Shown piece by piece: positions 20,765-31,716 of a stretch of DNA of 64,000 bases (positions within the stretch are counted from its first letter, which is position 1; each line of letters begins with the position of its first letter). Both the position numbers and the translations under genes were made by a program. The stretch comes from Nitrosopumilaceae archaeon (GTDB lineage Archaea > Thermoproteota > Nitrososphaeria > Nitrososphaerales > Nitrosopumilaceae). Where the stretch lies: positions 128,001-192,000 of the forward strand of contig OZ242365.1 in assembly GCA_965208905.1 (NCBI GenBank), given 5' to 3'. A model generated the notes under the pieces. It had not been told where the DNA came from. It saw only the letters and a list, made by a program, of their open reading frames with translations, and searched no databases.

Positions 20765-22636
20765 TTAATTTTGGTCACACGGATACATCCTGTCCAACCA
20801 ATCTGATTTCTTGGACCAATCACCTTCCATAATCTTGTATGGCTTTCCCAATATTTTGGCAAGTCTCCCTGCTGTTTCTTTGTACTTGAACGATGGTTTG
20901 TAGTAAACAAATGTACCACAATCATATACCTGAAGCATACATACATGATCTGGGAGTAGTTCATCTGATGTCAGATACTTGAGTGCCGTTTGATCCGCCT
21001 TCTGAATCAAAAAGTTTTGTCCCTGTTTAGGTAGTTTGTCTATCTTTTTTTTGGGCTTTTTATTCTCTATTTCCCAATCAAAATTGTAAGGACGACGATT
21101 AACGCCGGTATCAAACAGGTATCTTATGCGATGCCCCATACCAGTCATACCATGCCAAGCCTGAATGTTGATTATATCATCCGAATTGTCCTTGTCAAGG
21201 AGTTTAATATCAATAGCAATATATCTCTCATCCACCTTATCGGACTCTGCGGCTTCAACTGTGAAGGTACCATCCTCATAAAAGAGCCTGACAAGTTCTG
21301 TGTGCCAAACATGACCATCATGTCGCCGCTGGCCATCTGTTACATCATCAAAATTCTCTATGAGTTTTTTCATGTATGGTATATCCCTATGTGCGTCCAA
21401 CCATTCTCGTAATTTATCCCTGTATGCCTTTTCATCAGGGGTTTCGTCGTATTCAATACCAAAATATTTACATCTCTCAACCCAGAACACTTTGGCAATA
21501 CATGAATGTAGACAAGATTCATACTCAGCAAGTAGCGCCAAGGCATTTCTGTTATTGGTGGTTTCCCTAGCCTTCTCAATTTCCGTAATTCTGTCCTTAC
21601 ATTTCTTGCTATATGACATGTTAATTAGACCGTTGGTCGGGTCTGCATCCAGATTTAGGAGTAGATGTAATGCTACATCCGCCTTGTCTTTTGCCTCACA
21701 GACAGACATCCACTTGATCATCGTATCCAGTTCACTAGGCAATATGGAGGCGATCATGTTGGATCTTTTCTGTATGTCTTTGTTCACCCACGCTTGGATT
21801 GTACTTAGTGCCTCATCATTATTCAACACTCCACTTTGTTTACGCAATAATGACCACACCTGTAATCGATGATCTTCCATATGACGCAGAATTGCATTCC
21901 ATGTTGCCTTTGTGTTGAGTTCCAACATGTTAGTTAGTATGTGTGACCACTCAGAACCATGTGTTATATGTTTACGCGTTTGTTCAATGGCCCGTGTGAT
22001 GGATTTGGAGATTATTTTAGTGTCAGCCGGATTTTCCTTCATATATCTGACCAATAACTCTTTCCACTCCCAGAATGACCCTTGTACATATCTTGTGACT
22101 GGATATGCAAGAAGTACGTCACGTATGAATCGCGGCAGGGGCGTGTTGGACTTGTAATAATAAGAGAAGCACATCTTTTGCGCATTGCTTTGAGATACAT
22201 CATCACATTTGAGTAAGACTCCGATTAATTTTTCCAGTGATTCTACTGACAAATCCTTGATACGTACACTGTTACTCCCAAACCATCTGAAGGCATAAAT
22301 TGTTTGACCTTTCGTAACAGCATCACATATCCTGTTAATTGCAACATCACTGTCATTTGAGAAAATACCTTCAATATACCCGTCTTGGAAGTTGTGTGTA
22401 GTTGTACTATCTTGTACTTTTAGTATGTCGAATAATAGAGTAGCATCTATATCGGCTTGGCCCACCAAACATCCGAACTGCCCGACGCGCTCGCTATTAT
22501 GAGTGGACAATTTTTGTAGATGTGTAGAATCTAACGGTAATTGTGCCAAGTGCTTGAGTTTGCCAATCTCATCATCTGTCGCCATGGCATCAGGCACATA
22601 GACATATTGTTGCATTTCTGCTTGGTAGTCTGCCAT
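20765..22636 (-). CDS. Hypothetical 623-aa protein; helical N-terminus, possible nuclease-like C-terminus
   Basis: Long ORF; 'IDIKLL...INIQAW' is only suggestive. Confidence 0.6.
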   Translation of the reverse strand: MADYQAEMQQYVYVPDAMATDDEIGKLKHLAQLPLDSTHLQKLSTHNSERVGQFGCLVGQADIDATLLFDILKVQDSTTTHNFQDGYIEGIFSNDSDVAINRICDAVTKGQTIYAFRWFGSNSVRIKDLSVESLEKLIGVLLKCDDVSQSNAQKMCFSYYYKSNTPLPRFIRDVLLAYPVTRYVQGSFWEWKELLVRYMKENPADTKIISKSITRAIEQTRKHITHGSEWSHILTNMLELNTKATWNAILRHMEDHRLQVWSLLRKQSGVLNNDEALSTIQAWVNKDIQKRSNMIASILPSELDTMIKWMSVCEAKDKADVALHLLLNLDADPTNGLINMSYSKKCKDRITEIEKARETTNNRNALALLAEYESCLHSCIAKVFWVERCKYFGIEYDETPDEKAYRDKLREWLDAHRDIPYMKKLIENFDDVTDGQRRHDGHVWHTELVRLFYEDGTFTVEAAESDKVDERYIAIDIKLLDKDNSDDIINIQAWHGMTGMGHRIRYLFDTGVNRRPYNFDWEIENKKPKKKIDKLPKQGQNFLIQKADQTALKYLTSDELLPDHVCMLQVYDCGTFVYYKPSFKYKETAGRLAKILGKPYKIMEGDWSKKSDWLDRMYPCDQN

Positions 22637-22846
22637 ACGAAGACATTATGCATATCATGTAAAAGCATTACAGTGAGTGGTTCCTCCCCCCCCCCCCCCA
22701 AAATATCACCAGTGTCAGTATGACCCGCGCTTCCACGAAGCATGGGTACGGTGGCCACCATTCCACTTCAGGTCAGGTAGACGGGCGGTGGCTGCGCGGT
22801 GGACAAACAATCAAGATATTTATTGCTCCGCCCGGTTCATCACGCC

Positions 22847-23914
22847 ATGAAGACTGCCCTGTTTCTTGGAGCCGGGGCCTCGGCGTTCATACAATATCCT
22901 ACCGCCAGGGGGTTGATGGAACGCCTACGGAACCGAGTACAGGACGGTGAATCTGGAGGTATTGGCGAAGTCACCAAATACACCATTGAGGGCTATGATG
23001 ACATTGAGAAGTTGTACGACGGAATAGACCGTCTGTTGAGTATGCGTTATAGTGCATACCCTGACAGCTCTAACATCGGACCGATCATCCGCACATTGTA
23101 TGACAGGAACAACTCGTTCAAGGCGACACTGGATGAATTGAAAAATTTGAAGTCAGTCATCAACGACATACTCCTTGAATCGTTCAAATTCAATACCAGT
23201 AACATCGAATCAGTCGTGCGAATGTATGACATGGTAAGGCAAGTCATCAAAGACGATGAGTCAGACGGACTTCAGATATTCACTACCAACTACGACATGG
23301 TGATTGAGAAATACGCGAGGGAGATTGGCCTCGAACCTGTCAATGGCTTCCAGTATCGCAAGAGCACGGACAATGTCTGGGTCGGCAGGTGGGAGACTAC
23401 GACTCACCGTAAACCACTCTACTTGACTAAACTGCACGGCTCGGTGAGCTGGTACGAGGATGATAAAAAGATCTGGGAGACGGATGATGTCAAACAAAGA
23501 CCTGCAAACCGTAGCGTCATGATTGCTCCTACCGAGGGGCCAAAGGACTACAGTAGGACGCCGTTTCCGGAACTACTGAAGCATTTTGAGGATGAGATTG
23601 TCAAGGTTGATGTATTGCTGGTGATTGGATTCTCGTACAGGGATAAACATATTGTAGATATAATCAAAAATAATCTGGACAGGGGGATGAAGATGATCAC
23701 CGTCTCACCGACATCCATGGACGATATAAAACTCGTGGACACAGATGTCCCTAAACCTATACTGACTTTTACAGGAAGCTCATTTTCCGCGATAGATTAC
23801 AGAATAGTCCTGATCAACGAGGAGTTCAAGTTGGAGACGATTGATCGTATGGTTATGTCGTTGAATGATGGCCTCTATTATGCTTCCCATAGTCCTAAAG
23901 ACAATTCAGCGTAA
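22847..23914 (+). CDS. SIR2-like (SIR2_2) protein
   Basis: LFLGAGAS, FTTNYD, KLHGS, VIGFSYRD. Confidence 0.9.
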   Translation: MKTALFLGAGASAFIQYPTARGLMERLRNRVQDGESGGIGEVTKYTIEGYDDIEKLYDGIDRLLSMRYSAYPDSSNIGPIIRTLYDRNNSFKATLDELKNLKSVINDILLESFKFNTSNIESVVRMYDMVRQVIKDDESDGLQIFTTNYDMVIEKYAREIGLEPVNGFQYRKSTDNVWVGRWETTTHRKPLYLTKLHGSVSWYEDDKKIWETDDVKQRPANRSVMIAPTEGPKDYSRTPFPELLKHFEDEIVKVDVLLVIGFSYRDKHIVDIIKNNLDRGMKMITVSPTSMDDIKLVDTDVPKPILTFTGSSFSAIDYRIVLINEEFKLETIDRMVMSLNDGLYYASHSPKDNSA

Positions 23915-24630
23915 TGACTATACATCATACGCGGAGATGTCCAATCATCGACGTATCTGGGAACCCGACGGCAGTCGTATGTGGAGTGGAAATGATGGTC
24001 AATTAAGGCACAGGCGTAACTTTACAATAGGTGCCGTTAATGCAATAGTCTAGGAAATATGGTCTGGAGTGGAAGCGTAGGTTACACCGATGTTGGACGT
24101 CATCACATGGGACAATTCATTCAAAGGCGAGCATAATTACATAACTTGGCATATCCAAACCACCTATGTAATCTCCCCACCATACACGAGTGGGCGAATA
24201 CCTTTTTGATGTGTGAAACTACTTATCAAAGGGCATCACTCTTATTCCAAATGTTGGAGTTGGCGGTTTGATCAAGATAACCCACGATTTTGTGGCTAAA
24301 GTCCGGACGGCGCGGAGTATCACCTTGTGATATCATGCATGGCCTACAAAGTGCGAGACCTGTACATACCCAACCCCTCTACTTTGTCGGGCATAAATCA
24401 ACTGAACGATGTTGTTACTCACGCCTAAAATTACAGTAGTGAAAGTATGTACAGGCATCGCCCTGTGGTGTGATACATAACGCCTATCACAAACTCCATA
24501 AGGTACGGCCAGACGCTCACCGTACAGTCTTACCATATTGTGTGGTGGTGTGATGGTCTGCAACAAGCGCACATTTCCATCCACTGTAGTCATCCTATTA
24601 TTTTTATAACTTGAAGATGATATTGCTACA

Positions 24631-25560
24631 ATGAAACTACCCAAACTCGGCGATTTCCAACCTCACATAGACTACCTCAAAGACGGCTTTGCTTGTGATT
24701 TTTTTGTATTGGAGAGAATGTTTGACTCAATATATCAGGAAATATGTCTGCTTCACATATACCATCCGCCAACCGATGCTGCCCCACAGATGGAAAAAAT
24801 ATTCAATGAATTGAAAGGTATCGGCTTTAAGGAGTTGGTGAGAAACGAAGGAAAGTTTACTGTGCCGAGCAAAAACATAGACATTGTTCTGATTGGCTAC
24901 CATCACGGCAATGACATGGAGTATGTCAATGAGCTACTATCAACATTTGAAAGGAATTATGGAGTACTCAGACCTGACATATTGATATATCCTCTAGATG
25001 AGGAGGAACCCCGGATTACAGAGTTTAACCGACTTGAGGTTATGTATTGCCCGCATTATGAGTTTACCAAGCATGCACTACACATGATTATATCACATTT
25101 ATGGAATCGTCGGAACTTCATATATGAGCGCGGATTTTATGTGCTGCTTGATCGACTATTAAATGAAAGTCTGCTACTGGCCTTGGGTATTGGTAAAAAA
25201 GAAGATACAATCACACTGGGCCAGAAAATAGGGAAATTAAGAGGTGTGTTGAAGGGGCATTTGCCGAATAGTGATGCTGAGTTTGTACTAAAGTTTTTGA
25301 ACTTTTTGGTTGAGGTTAGAAATTACGGCATACATGGTAATGAAGAAGCGTGGAAGAAAAGAAAAGAGTCATATGACAAAGTCAGACCGGATTTAGTACA
25401 ACGTGGCTGGATAATTCCAAGTAATAGTAAGTTAGCAAGTATGGATGAGAAAACAACAAAAGAACAGAATGGACACAGTCTACTAAAGATTCTTACTGTC
25501 TCAACGTATATCATCAAGGACTGGGTGAACGAGTACGCGAAACTTAGCGGCCAGACATGA
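24631..25560 (+). CDS. Hypothetical protein with HEPN-like C-terminus
   Basis: 'TLGQKI...EVRNYGIHG' (RNxxxH). Confidence 0.55.
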   Translation: MKLPKLGDFQPHIDYLKDGFACDFFVLERMFDSIYQEICLLHIYHPPTDAAPQMEKIFNELKGIGFKELVRNEGKFTVPSKNIDIVLIGYHHGNDMEYVNELLSTFERNYGVLRPDILIYPLDEEEPRITEFNRLEVMYCPHYEFTKHALHMIISHLWNRRNFIYERGFYVLLDRLLNESLLLALGIGKKEDTITLGQKIGKLRGVLKGHLPNSDAEFVLKFLNFLVEVRNYGIHGNEEAWKKRKESYDKVRPDLVQRGWIIPSNSKLASMDEKTTKEQNGHSLLKILTVSTYIIKDWVNEYAKLSGQT

Positions 25561-25599
25561 TCACTGCCGAAGTCTAACCTATCGCCAATCTGTACCAAA

Positions 25600-26359
25600 C
25601 ATTAGAGGACTGGAAACGTAACAGTGGTGCATAAAAAGTGTAGTACCGGCCACAATCATATGATGTTTTATCAGAATCAGGGCATGTCCGACGGGGTTTT
25701 TTGCTCTCCTGACCGGTCCGACATCTCATAATCATCTGATATGCCGCCTGTATCAACACTCTGCCCCAACAGTGATGTATAATTCAGTAATATCGCCTAC
25801 TGACTCATCTGTAATGGATATGGCGACTATCTTCATGGTCTGCGTGTCAACCATCGCGTGCATCTTTACAAAACCACGTTTTACCTTCCACTTTTTGCTC
25901 ATCCACCTCCCCTATTGTGTTGCTTTAGCCCTGTTGTATCGACTGCCAGTATACGAGAATATTTTTTGTTTGACACTGTTATCGTTTCATTCTGATTTAT
26001 ATTCACATGTATCATGCCTATCCGCTTGCGTATATGGCTAAAGGAAGGTGTGTTGGATTCTCCAATCATCTTTCCGATTATGCCCTCAAGCTGCCTGTAC
26101 CGGACTCCAATACCGACCCTGAGGGCAGCGGTCAGCATAATCAATGTCTCCGAATATTGGTACGGGGCACCCACCTTTCCCCTGTTGGCATGGTCGACTT
26201 CATACTTCCACTCAGGGTTATACTGTACGACATGTCTGCCCCACGCTTGACGTAGTGTATGGTTGTCGGTTTTTACCATAAAATAGATGGTTTAATGATG
26301 GGAGCTATATGTGTTTTGATCAATGTGGCGGTATTCAGGAATAGTTACGATACAAAGTT
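25600..26359 (-). pseudogene. Truncated/frameshifted IS5-family element, paralogue of 56960-58184
   Basis: Closely matches 57570-58184, including terminus TTACGATACAAAGTT; frameshift near 25905; 3' half missing. Confidence 0.9.
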
Positions 26360-26406
26360 GTATAGAAGTAATACCTATAAAATATGATATATATGTACAT
26401 ATACTG

Positions 26407-26919
26407 ATGTCGACAGAAGATACCTTTGAGTTCTCCACATCGGATAGGGCGCTCATGGTTATCAGTGATGCCACCCTATATGGTACTACACGTCTTCAAA
26501 AGTACGGATTTCTACTTACCCAACAATACAAGAAAGAGATGAATGTTATTGCAGAAGCCGAACCGAAATTGAAGTTTTATGACGATTGGGAGCCACTCTG
26601 GTTCGGACCATTCAGTAAGAGTTTGGCCGATGACATTGACATCTGTATGGACAACAGTCTCATATATAGGGAGGCTGTCAAACTGTCTCAGGACTCATTC
26701 AGGTATGGCTTGACACTTAAGGGGCGTGTGCGGTGGCGGGTCATGCTACGTAAATTCAACAACGAGATGACTGCCATCCACAAGAAGGTGATGAACCTAC
26801 AAAAAATGCGTTTGGGAAGGCTGTTGGAGAACATATACAGCGCGTACCCTGAGTATACTGTGAATAGTACTATACTGAAAAAGATTCAAGATTCTGAGCG
26901 AAAAGTGTTCCGTATGTGA
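26407..26919 (+). CDS. YwgA/SocA(Panacea)-like antitoxin-type protein
   Basis: 'GTTRLQKYGFLL...WFGPFSKSLADDI...IYSAYPEY'. Confidence 0.6.
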   Translation: MSTEDTFEFSTSDRALMVISDATLYGTTRLQKYGFLLTQQYKKEMNVIAEAEPKLKFYDDWEPLWFGPFSKSLADDIDICMDNSLIYREAVKLSQDSFRYGLTLKGRVRWRVMLRKFNNEMTAIHKKVMNLQKMRLGRLLENIYSAYPEYTVNSTILKKIQDSERKVFRM

Positions 26920-27860
26920 TATTGGAGAGGTATTATTGCGCACAAGAAGCATGCAAAGGAAATTACTGCGGACACACGCAAGTCCGGACTATACTCAAGA
27001 GCTGTTGCAAACCCTATAATGCATATCATAACCATGCAAATACCGTCAATAATTATACCATTCCTATTGGCCTCTATTTTTCCTCTAATGTTGCCCAGCT
27101 CCATGTATGTATTAGATAATGAACCACTTCCTTTTTCATGAGCATTGTTAGCAGAATCGCCTGTAGATTGTCCACTGTTACCATGAGCGGTCTGAGCAGA
27201 ATGGTCTGTGTCATCCCACTTCACATCTATTGTCCTATTGCGCGTCCTATATTCCTCATCAACATATAGCAGACGCAGTACGGTACCCCCGGCAACTATG
27301 ACCATTAATCCAGAGATAATCGCGAACACTCCGATACTCGCCCCCATACCAATTACATCTCCTGACTGGCTCTCCCCATTCGTAGTGGCAGGAATGATTT
27401 GGATGAATCCTAACACTAATGCGAATCCCAACAGTATCAAGATCATCAAAACGGCTAACCATCTGATCGTTGAAATCCAACTTGGTTTATTCCAGCCCAA
27501 CATATATGTGGGTGCTGGTAATAGTAACACTGACATCCATCCCGCGGACGGCATATCATGTACATAGTTCAATGCTACCAAAACAGTGAGTGCTGTAATA
27601 CAAACCAAACTAACAATTATCACATACTTTGTACTAGAGATTTTCTCACCTAGTTCACTTATTCTCCAAGAAGATAGTTTAAGGAAAATCGAATATTCTT
27701 CTTTAAATGTTTCTTTATACTTAGTGTTCTTTATCCAGTTGTCGTGTATAGTGTCCAAAATACCAGCCCACTCTTGTCTCTCTTTGGAGTATTGTGTATG
27801 AAGTATACAACGCGCAGTCAATAACCAGATCAATATGCCAATGACTATGATATCAATCAT
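26886..27860 (-). CDS. Hypothetical multi-pass membrane protein
   Basis: 324-aa ORF with about 7 hydrophobic segments. Confidence 0.65.
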   Translation of the reverse strand: MIDIIVIGILIWLLTARCILHTQYSKERQEWAGILDTIHDNWIKNTKYKETFKEEYSIFLKLSSWRISELGEKISSTKYVIIVSLVCITALTVLVALNYVHDMPSAGWMSVLLLPAPTYMLGWNKPSWISTIRWLAVLMILILLGFALVLGFIQIIPATTNGESQSGDVIGMGASIGVFAIISGLMVIVAGGTVLRLLYVDEEYRTRNRTIDVKWDDTDHSAQTAHGNSGQSTGDSANNAHEKGSGSLSNTYMELGNIRGKIEANRNGIIIDGICMVMICIIGFATALEYSPDLRVSAVISFACFLCAIIPLQYHIRNTFRSES

Positions 27861-28689
27861 CCCATAGCCTCCAAACGATCATGGTTTAAACCCCACAAAC
27901 TCTATCCAGTCTTTGACATACTCAACATACCACTGGTTTACCATAATGTATACATGAATTATATGACATAAAATATTATCTCAAGCTGTGTAAATATATA
28001 TAGATACTCAACCACTATTACACCTACACTCACGTTTGCGCTGAACTGTCTCAAATATGGAGTGTGTCTCGAAGTGGTGCGCGAACTCGGCCCGGCATAT
28101 GTTTCCATGAGACTGACCGAAATCACCTTGCTGAGGCCCCGTGTTAGAGAAAATATAATGAAATGGTGGAATAGATGATTGAGAGTAAGAATGTATCTTC
28201 GTAGATATAGATGTGATCGAGTATTGTGCACATTAGACAACTATCTCTAAAATTTTTGTCGGCGGTCCACCTATCCGCTAAAACCTCAGCCTGCTCCAAG
28301 ACGGTCCGCGTGGTTCTCTTCTTCCTGTCCTATAGCAAGGACTTGTGGGATTGGCTATGTGTTCAAGCGCGTCTTGAAGGTATCCGAGATAGCCTACATC
28401 GTGTCGATGAACTCTGGTAAGGGTTGTTATGATATCAGTTCCCAGGTATAGCGGCGTGTATAAGTTTCTGCGCACTGGTTTTCAAATACATGACGGTTTT
28501 GTCATTGTGGCAGCTTGTTTCTGCCATACATGTTTGGCGCCGTACCAGGCGCTACATGCGTAGCATGTCCCGCTATATGAGAAGAATTATGACACAGAAC
28601 TCTGCACTATATCTACTTACATAGTCCTAAATAGTATCAACACTAGCTCAACATTATTGATAAACTACGTCACCCGAACTATATAAGGA

Positions 28690-29757
28690 ATGACACGCGA
28701 AGACCACGGCAGACGCATAGCATCAGAGAATAGAATTAGAAAACTGGGCAGGAACTCATACGCTGTACCATCTGAGACTATACAGAACCATGAGTATGTA
28801 GTACGACTGGGCAAGGTGGGATGGGTGTGTGAATGCCCCGACCATACTGAGAAAAAATCAGTATGTAAGCACATACACGCAGTCTTTGTATTTCGCAAGC
28901 CGGAGGCGCGTTCCATCTGGTATGTACCGGAAATACAGTGCCCCAAATGCCTTAGTAAACAGACGATATCGCGGGGCCAGAGCAGGTACTGTAAAATATG
29001 TAACTCGCGCTATGTACCTTATGGAATAAAGTCCCGTTTTGGGCTAGACACAATCATAGAGGGAATGAATATGGTGTATAGTGGTAGCTCACTCCGCAAG
29101 ACCGAATACATATTGGCGCAGCGCGGAATAGACGTATCGCATATAGGCATACTGAAATGGCTCTCCAAGTATGGCACAATGGTTGATGAATACATCAAGA
29201 CACTCCGGCCACGGGTTGGCGACCATTGGAGAATCGATGAAGTTTACATGAGTGTAGCCGGTGTACGGATGTATGCGTTTCATATGCTAGATACCGAGAC
29301 GCGATACGTAATAGACAGTATGGTTTCAGAGAATAAAGGCACGGATGATGTGCGACCGCTGTTCAGGTCATGCATGAATATAGCCGGCAAGAAGCCGTAT
29401 TTGTTGTCATCTGACGGTGCGGGGAATTTTGGTGAGGCGTGGCGCGATATATATAAACAGAAGAATCCGCGCGACATGTATACTATACATGAGAGTAAGG
29501 CTCGTGACAAGACCCCACTGCACAACAACCAGATGGAGTCGTGGAATGGGAATACGTTTAGGCTGCGCGAGCAGGGGTGTCGTGGATTGAAAAAACAGGA
29601 CTCTGTGATTCTGGCAGGGATACGAATCTACCATAATTTTATACGCCCACATCTTGCGCTGGGTGGAGATGTCCCGGCTGAGAGGGCAGGACTGCGTCTT
29701 GAGGGAGTGAATGGCCTCAAGATTTTAGTCCAGAATGCCGCGATGCAGAAAAAGTAA
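28690..29757 (+). CDS. IS6-family DDE transposase with N-terminal SWIM Zn finger
   Basis: CECPDH..CKHIHAV; WRIDEVY, LSSDG, NNQMESWN, YHNFIRPH. Confidence 0.9.
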   Translation: MTREDHGRRIASENRIRKLGRNSYAVPSETIQNHEYVVRLGKVGWVCECPDHTEKKSVCKHIHAVFVFRKPEARSIWYVPEIQCPKCLSKQTISRGQSRYCKICNSRYVPYGIKSRFGLDTIIEGMNMVYSGSSLRKTEYILAQRGIDVSHIGILKWLSKYGTMVDEYIKTLRPRVGDHWRIDEVYMSVAGVRMYAFHMLDTETRYVIDSMVSENKGTDDVRPLFRSCMNIAGKKPYLLSSDGAGNFGEAWRDIYKQKNPRDMYTIHESKARDKTPLHNNQMESWNGNTFRLREQGCRGLKKQDSVILAGIRIYHNFIRPHLALGGDVPAERAGLRLEGVNGLKILVQNAAMQKK

Positions 29758-30017
29758 GATTTACAAATTTTTTACAAAAAGCTATGAAAATTACATACTG
29801 TTTTTGAGTATATAAGCACGCGCGGATAAGTTACCAGCCCATGTCAAAAATAGCAGGGCGGTAACACGTCAATACGGAACTGTCAAAAACTTGTGTGATG
29901 GCGTACACTGTCAAATTTGTGTGATGGTGTCAAAAAGGGTACACGAATAGAAAAAGAACAACAAACAAACAACCTTGTAGTGTGATAATTTAAATGTGCA
30001 TGTTGTGTATATTGTAC

Positions 30018-30359
30018 ATGGAAAAAACACAAGATACGCCTCTTACCCGCGAAGAGTTTACACAATTCATGGCCGGATTTACTAAAGACCTGAATGTTGC
30101 GTTTACCAACTTTTCTGACAGTATAGACACCCAAATTATTCACATCTTTATGCGACTTGATGATATTGACCGAAGGATAGATAGGTTGGAAAGTAGAATA
30201 GGTAATATCGGGAGTAAAGTAGACAGTATGGGAAGTGATGTACATGACATAAAGAATGAGACAAAACTCATAACACCAATCTTTGAGTTGACACGTATGG
30301 ATGGGCATGATATTGGAGAACTCAAATTACGTGTAAGGAAATTAGAAACTCAATCCTAA
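30018..30359 (+). CDS. Small coiled-coil protein (cargo)
   Basis: Heptads 'LDDIDRRIDRLESRIGNIGSKVDSM'. Confidence 0.7.
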   Translation: MEKTQDTPLTREEFTQFMAGFTKDLNVAFTNFSDSIDTQIIHIFMRLDDIDRRIDRLESRIGNIGSKVDSMGSDVHDIKNETKLITPIFELTRMDGHDIGELKLRVRKLETQS

Positions 30360-31492
30360 ACATTTTTCTGTTGTTTAATATATGATTTAGTTGCAGCCTG
30401 TATCATCGTAAGATATTTGTTGTCTCCTTCAATATGTATTCCTGCGACCTCACCGGGTGTTTGGCCATCCAAACCAAGATGTGGTCTTACATAATTGTGG
30501 TATATGCGCAAGCCTGATAGTATAGCCGAATCATCTTTCTTCAAGCCACGTGTTACCTTCTCTCTATGTCGTAGTGTGGCACCGTTGAAGGATTCCATTT
30601 GGTTGTTGTTCATGTCACCAGCTAGATGTATGTGTCGCTCATGTTTAGATTCTTTGTGTAGAAAGTTCTTTGCTGCATACTGTTTCTTGTGGGCATGACT
30701 AAAGTTAGATGCACCATCTGATGTTAGTTGTTCTGGTACCTTGCCCGCTAACTGTTTGGCCTGTTTAAACATGGGTGCTACATCGTCATTACCCTTGTGT
30801 TCTGCGACCATCTTGGCCAGCCAGAATCTAGTCTCCGAGTCCAGCATGGCAAACAGGTATTTTCGTTCACCCTTTATCTTTAGATACATTTCATCAGTAC
30901 GCCACTTTTCACCAACTTGGGGCTGTATCTTATCCATGAACTTGTCCATCAAACGTGAATACTCGGTAGCCCAATTCAATACGGTTTGATGTGTAACCTT
31001 GACATTCATTCCCTTTAATGTAAATGCAGTCTTGCGGGTTGACAAACCACTAAACACCAAGTCAACAGCCATTGTAATCTGTTCAGGTGTGGCATGTTTG
31101 CCTTCAAAGCCTAGATTCTGTGTGAACCGTTTACCACAGTCTTTACACTTGTATTGTTGTACATTACCCCTTTTGAGTCGCCGTATGCTGTCCTTGACTA
31201 TATGTATAGAATCACAGAACTTACACTTTCCCAAGTCTATTTGTTTGATGGTAACTGATTGCTTGACGGCCTCACGCATTTTGCGTGATATTTCAACAGC
31301 ATGAATGTGCTTGCAGCATACATGTCTATATGTATGGTCAGGGCATGAGCATGTATAGCCACGTTCAGTAGATATTACATCATACTGCTTGTCGCTTGAC
31401 TGTGAGTTTACTTTGTATTCGGTGTCTGTTACACGGAATATTTGGTTTTGTTGTTGTGCTATTATTTTACCACGTTCTTGCCTAGTCGTCAT
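30356..31492 (-). CDS. IS6-family DDE transposase with SWIM and Zn-ribbon domains
   Basis: CSCPDH..CKHIHAV, CKFC/CKDC, WRTDEMY, TSDG, NNQMESFN, YHNYVRPH. Confidence 0.92.
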   Translation of the reverse strand: MTTRQERGKIIAQQQNQIFRVTDTEYKVNSQSSDKQYDVISTERGYTCSCPDHTYRHVCCKHIHAVEISRKMREAVKQSVTIKQIDLGKCKFCDSIHIVKDSIRRLKRGNVQQYKCKDCGKRFTQNLGFEGKHATPEQITMAVDLVFSGLSTRKTAFTLKGMNVKVTHQTVLNWATEYSRLMDKFMDKIQPQVGEKWRTDEMYLKIKGERKYLFAMLDSETRFWLAKMVAEHKGNDDVAPMFKQAKQLAGKVPEQLTSDGASNFSHAHKKQYAAKNFLHKESKHERHIHLAGDMNNNQMESFNGATLRHREKVTRGLKKDDSAILSGLRIYHNYVRPHLGLDGQTPGEVAGIHIEGDNKYLTMIQAATKSYIKQQKNV

Positions 31493-31664
31493 TATGTATA
31501 GGCCTCCAAAAACATAAATTGAAAACAAGTGTCAAGAGCTCTGAACGTTACAACCAGTTCACGGATTGCCTTTTGGGCGATCTCATTTTTCCTATCCTTC
31601 ATCATTGCTTTTCTTGCTTGCTTCATGTACTACTATGGTAATTTCCCATATATATAGTATACCA

Positions 31665-31684
31665 ATTTACCATATATGGTAAAT
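31665..31684. promoter_or_regulatory. Perfect 20-bp palindrome in a divergent promoter region (putative operator)
   Basis: ATTTACCATATATGGTAAAT, with extra TGGTAA half-sites nearby. Confidence 0.5.
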
Positions 31685-31716
31685 AATTATATAATGTAAT
31701 ACTGGTAATTATTATA

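Larger units (their letters stand above)
12415..29841. mobile_element. Putative 17.4-kb IS6-type cargo transposon (defence island) bounded by 22-bp perfect inverted repeats
   Basis: TGGGCTGGTAACTTATCCGCGC at 12415-12436 and its exact reverse complement at 29820-29841; IS6-like transposase ends ~60 bp before the right repeat; no TSD seen. Confidence 0.65.

Noticed and set aside
28584-28602. AGAATTATGACACAGA matching the IS5 right TIR (possible composite with 26359)
   Set aside because: Terminal bases are degenerate, with no recognisable transposase or TSD; at most a solo end
12408-29848. TSD for the 17.4-kb element
   Set aside because: Flanks ACAGGCCT and ATGTCAAA do not match in either orientation
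29876-29935. Repeated TGTCAAA/TGTGTGATGG motif as an array
   Set aside because: Explained as iterated motifs within the transposon TIR
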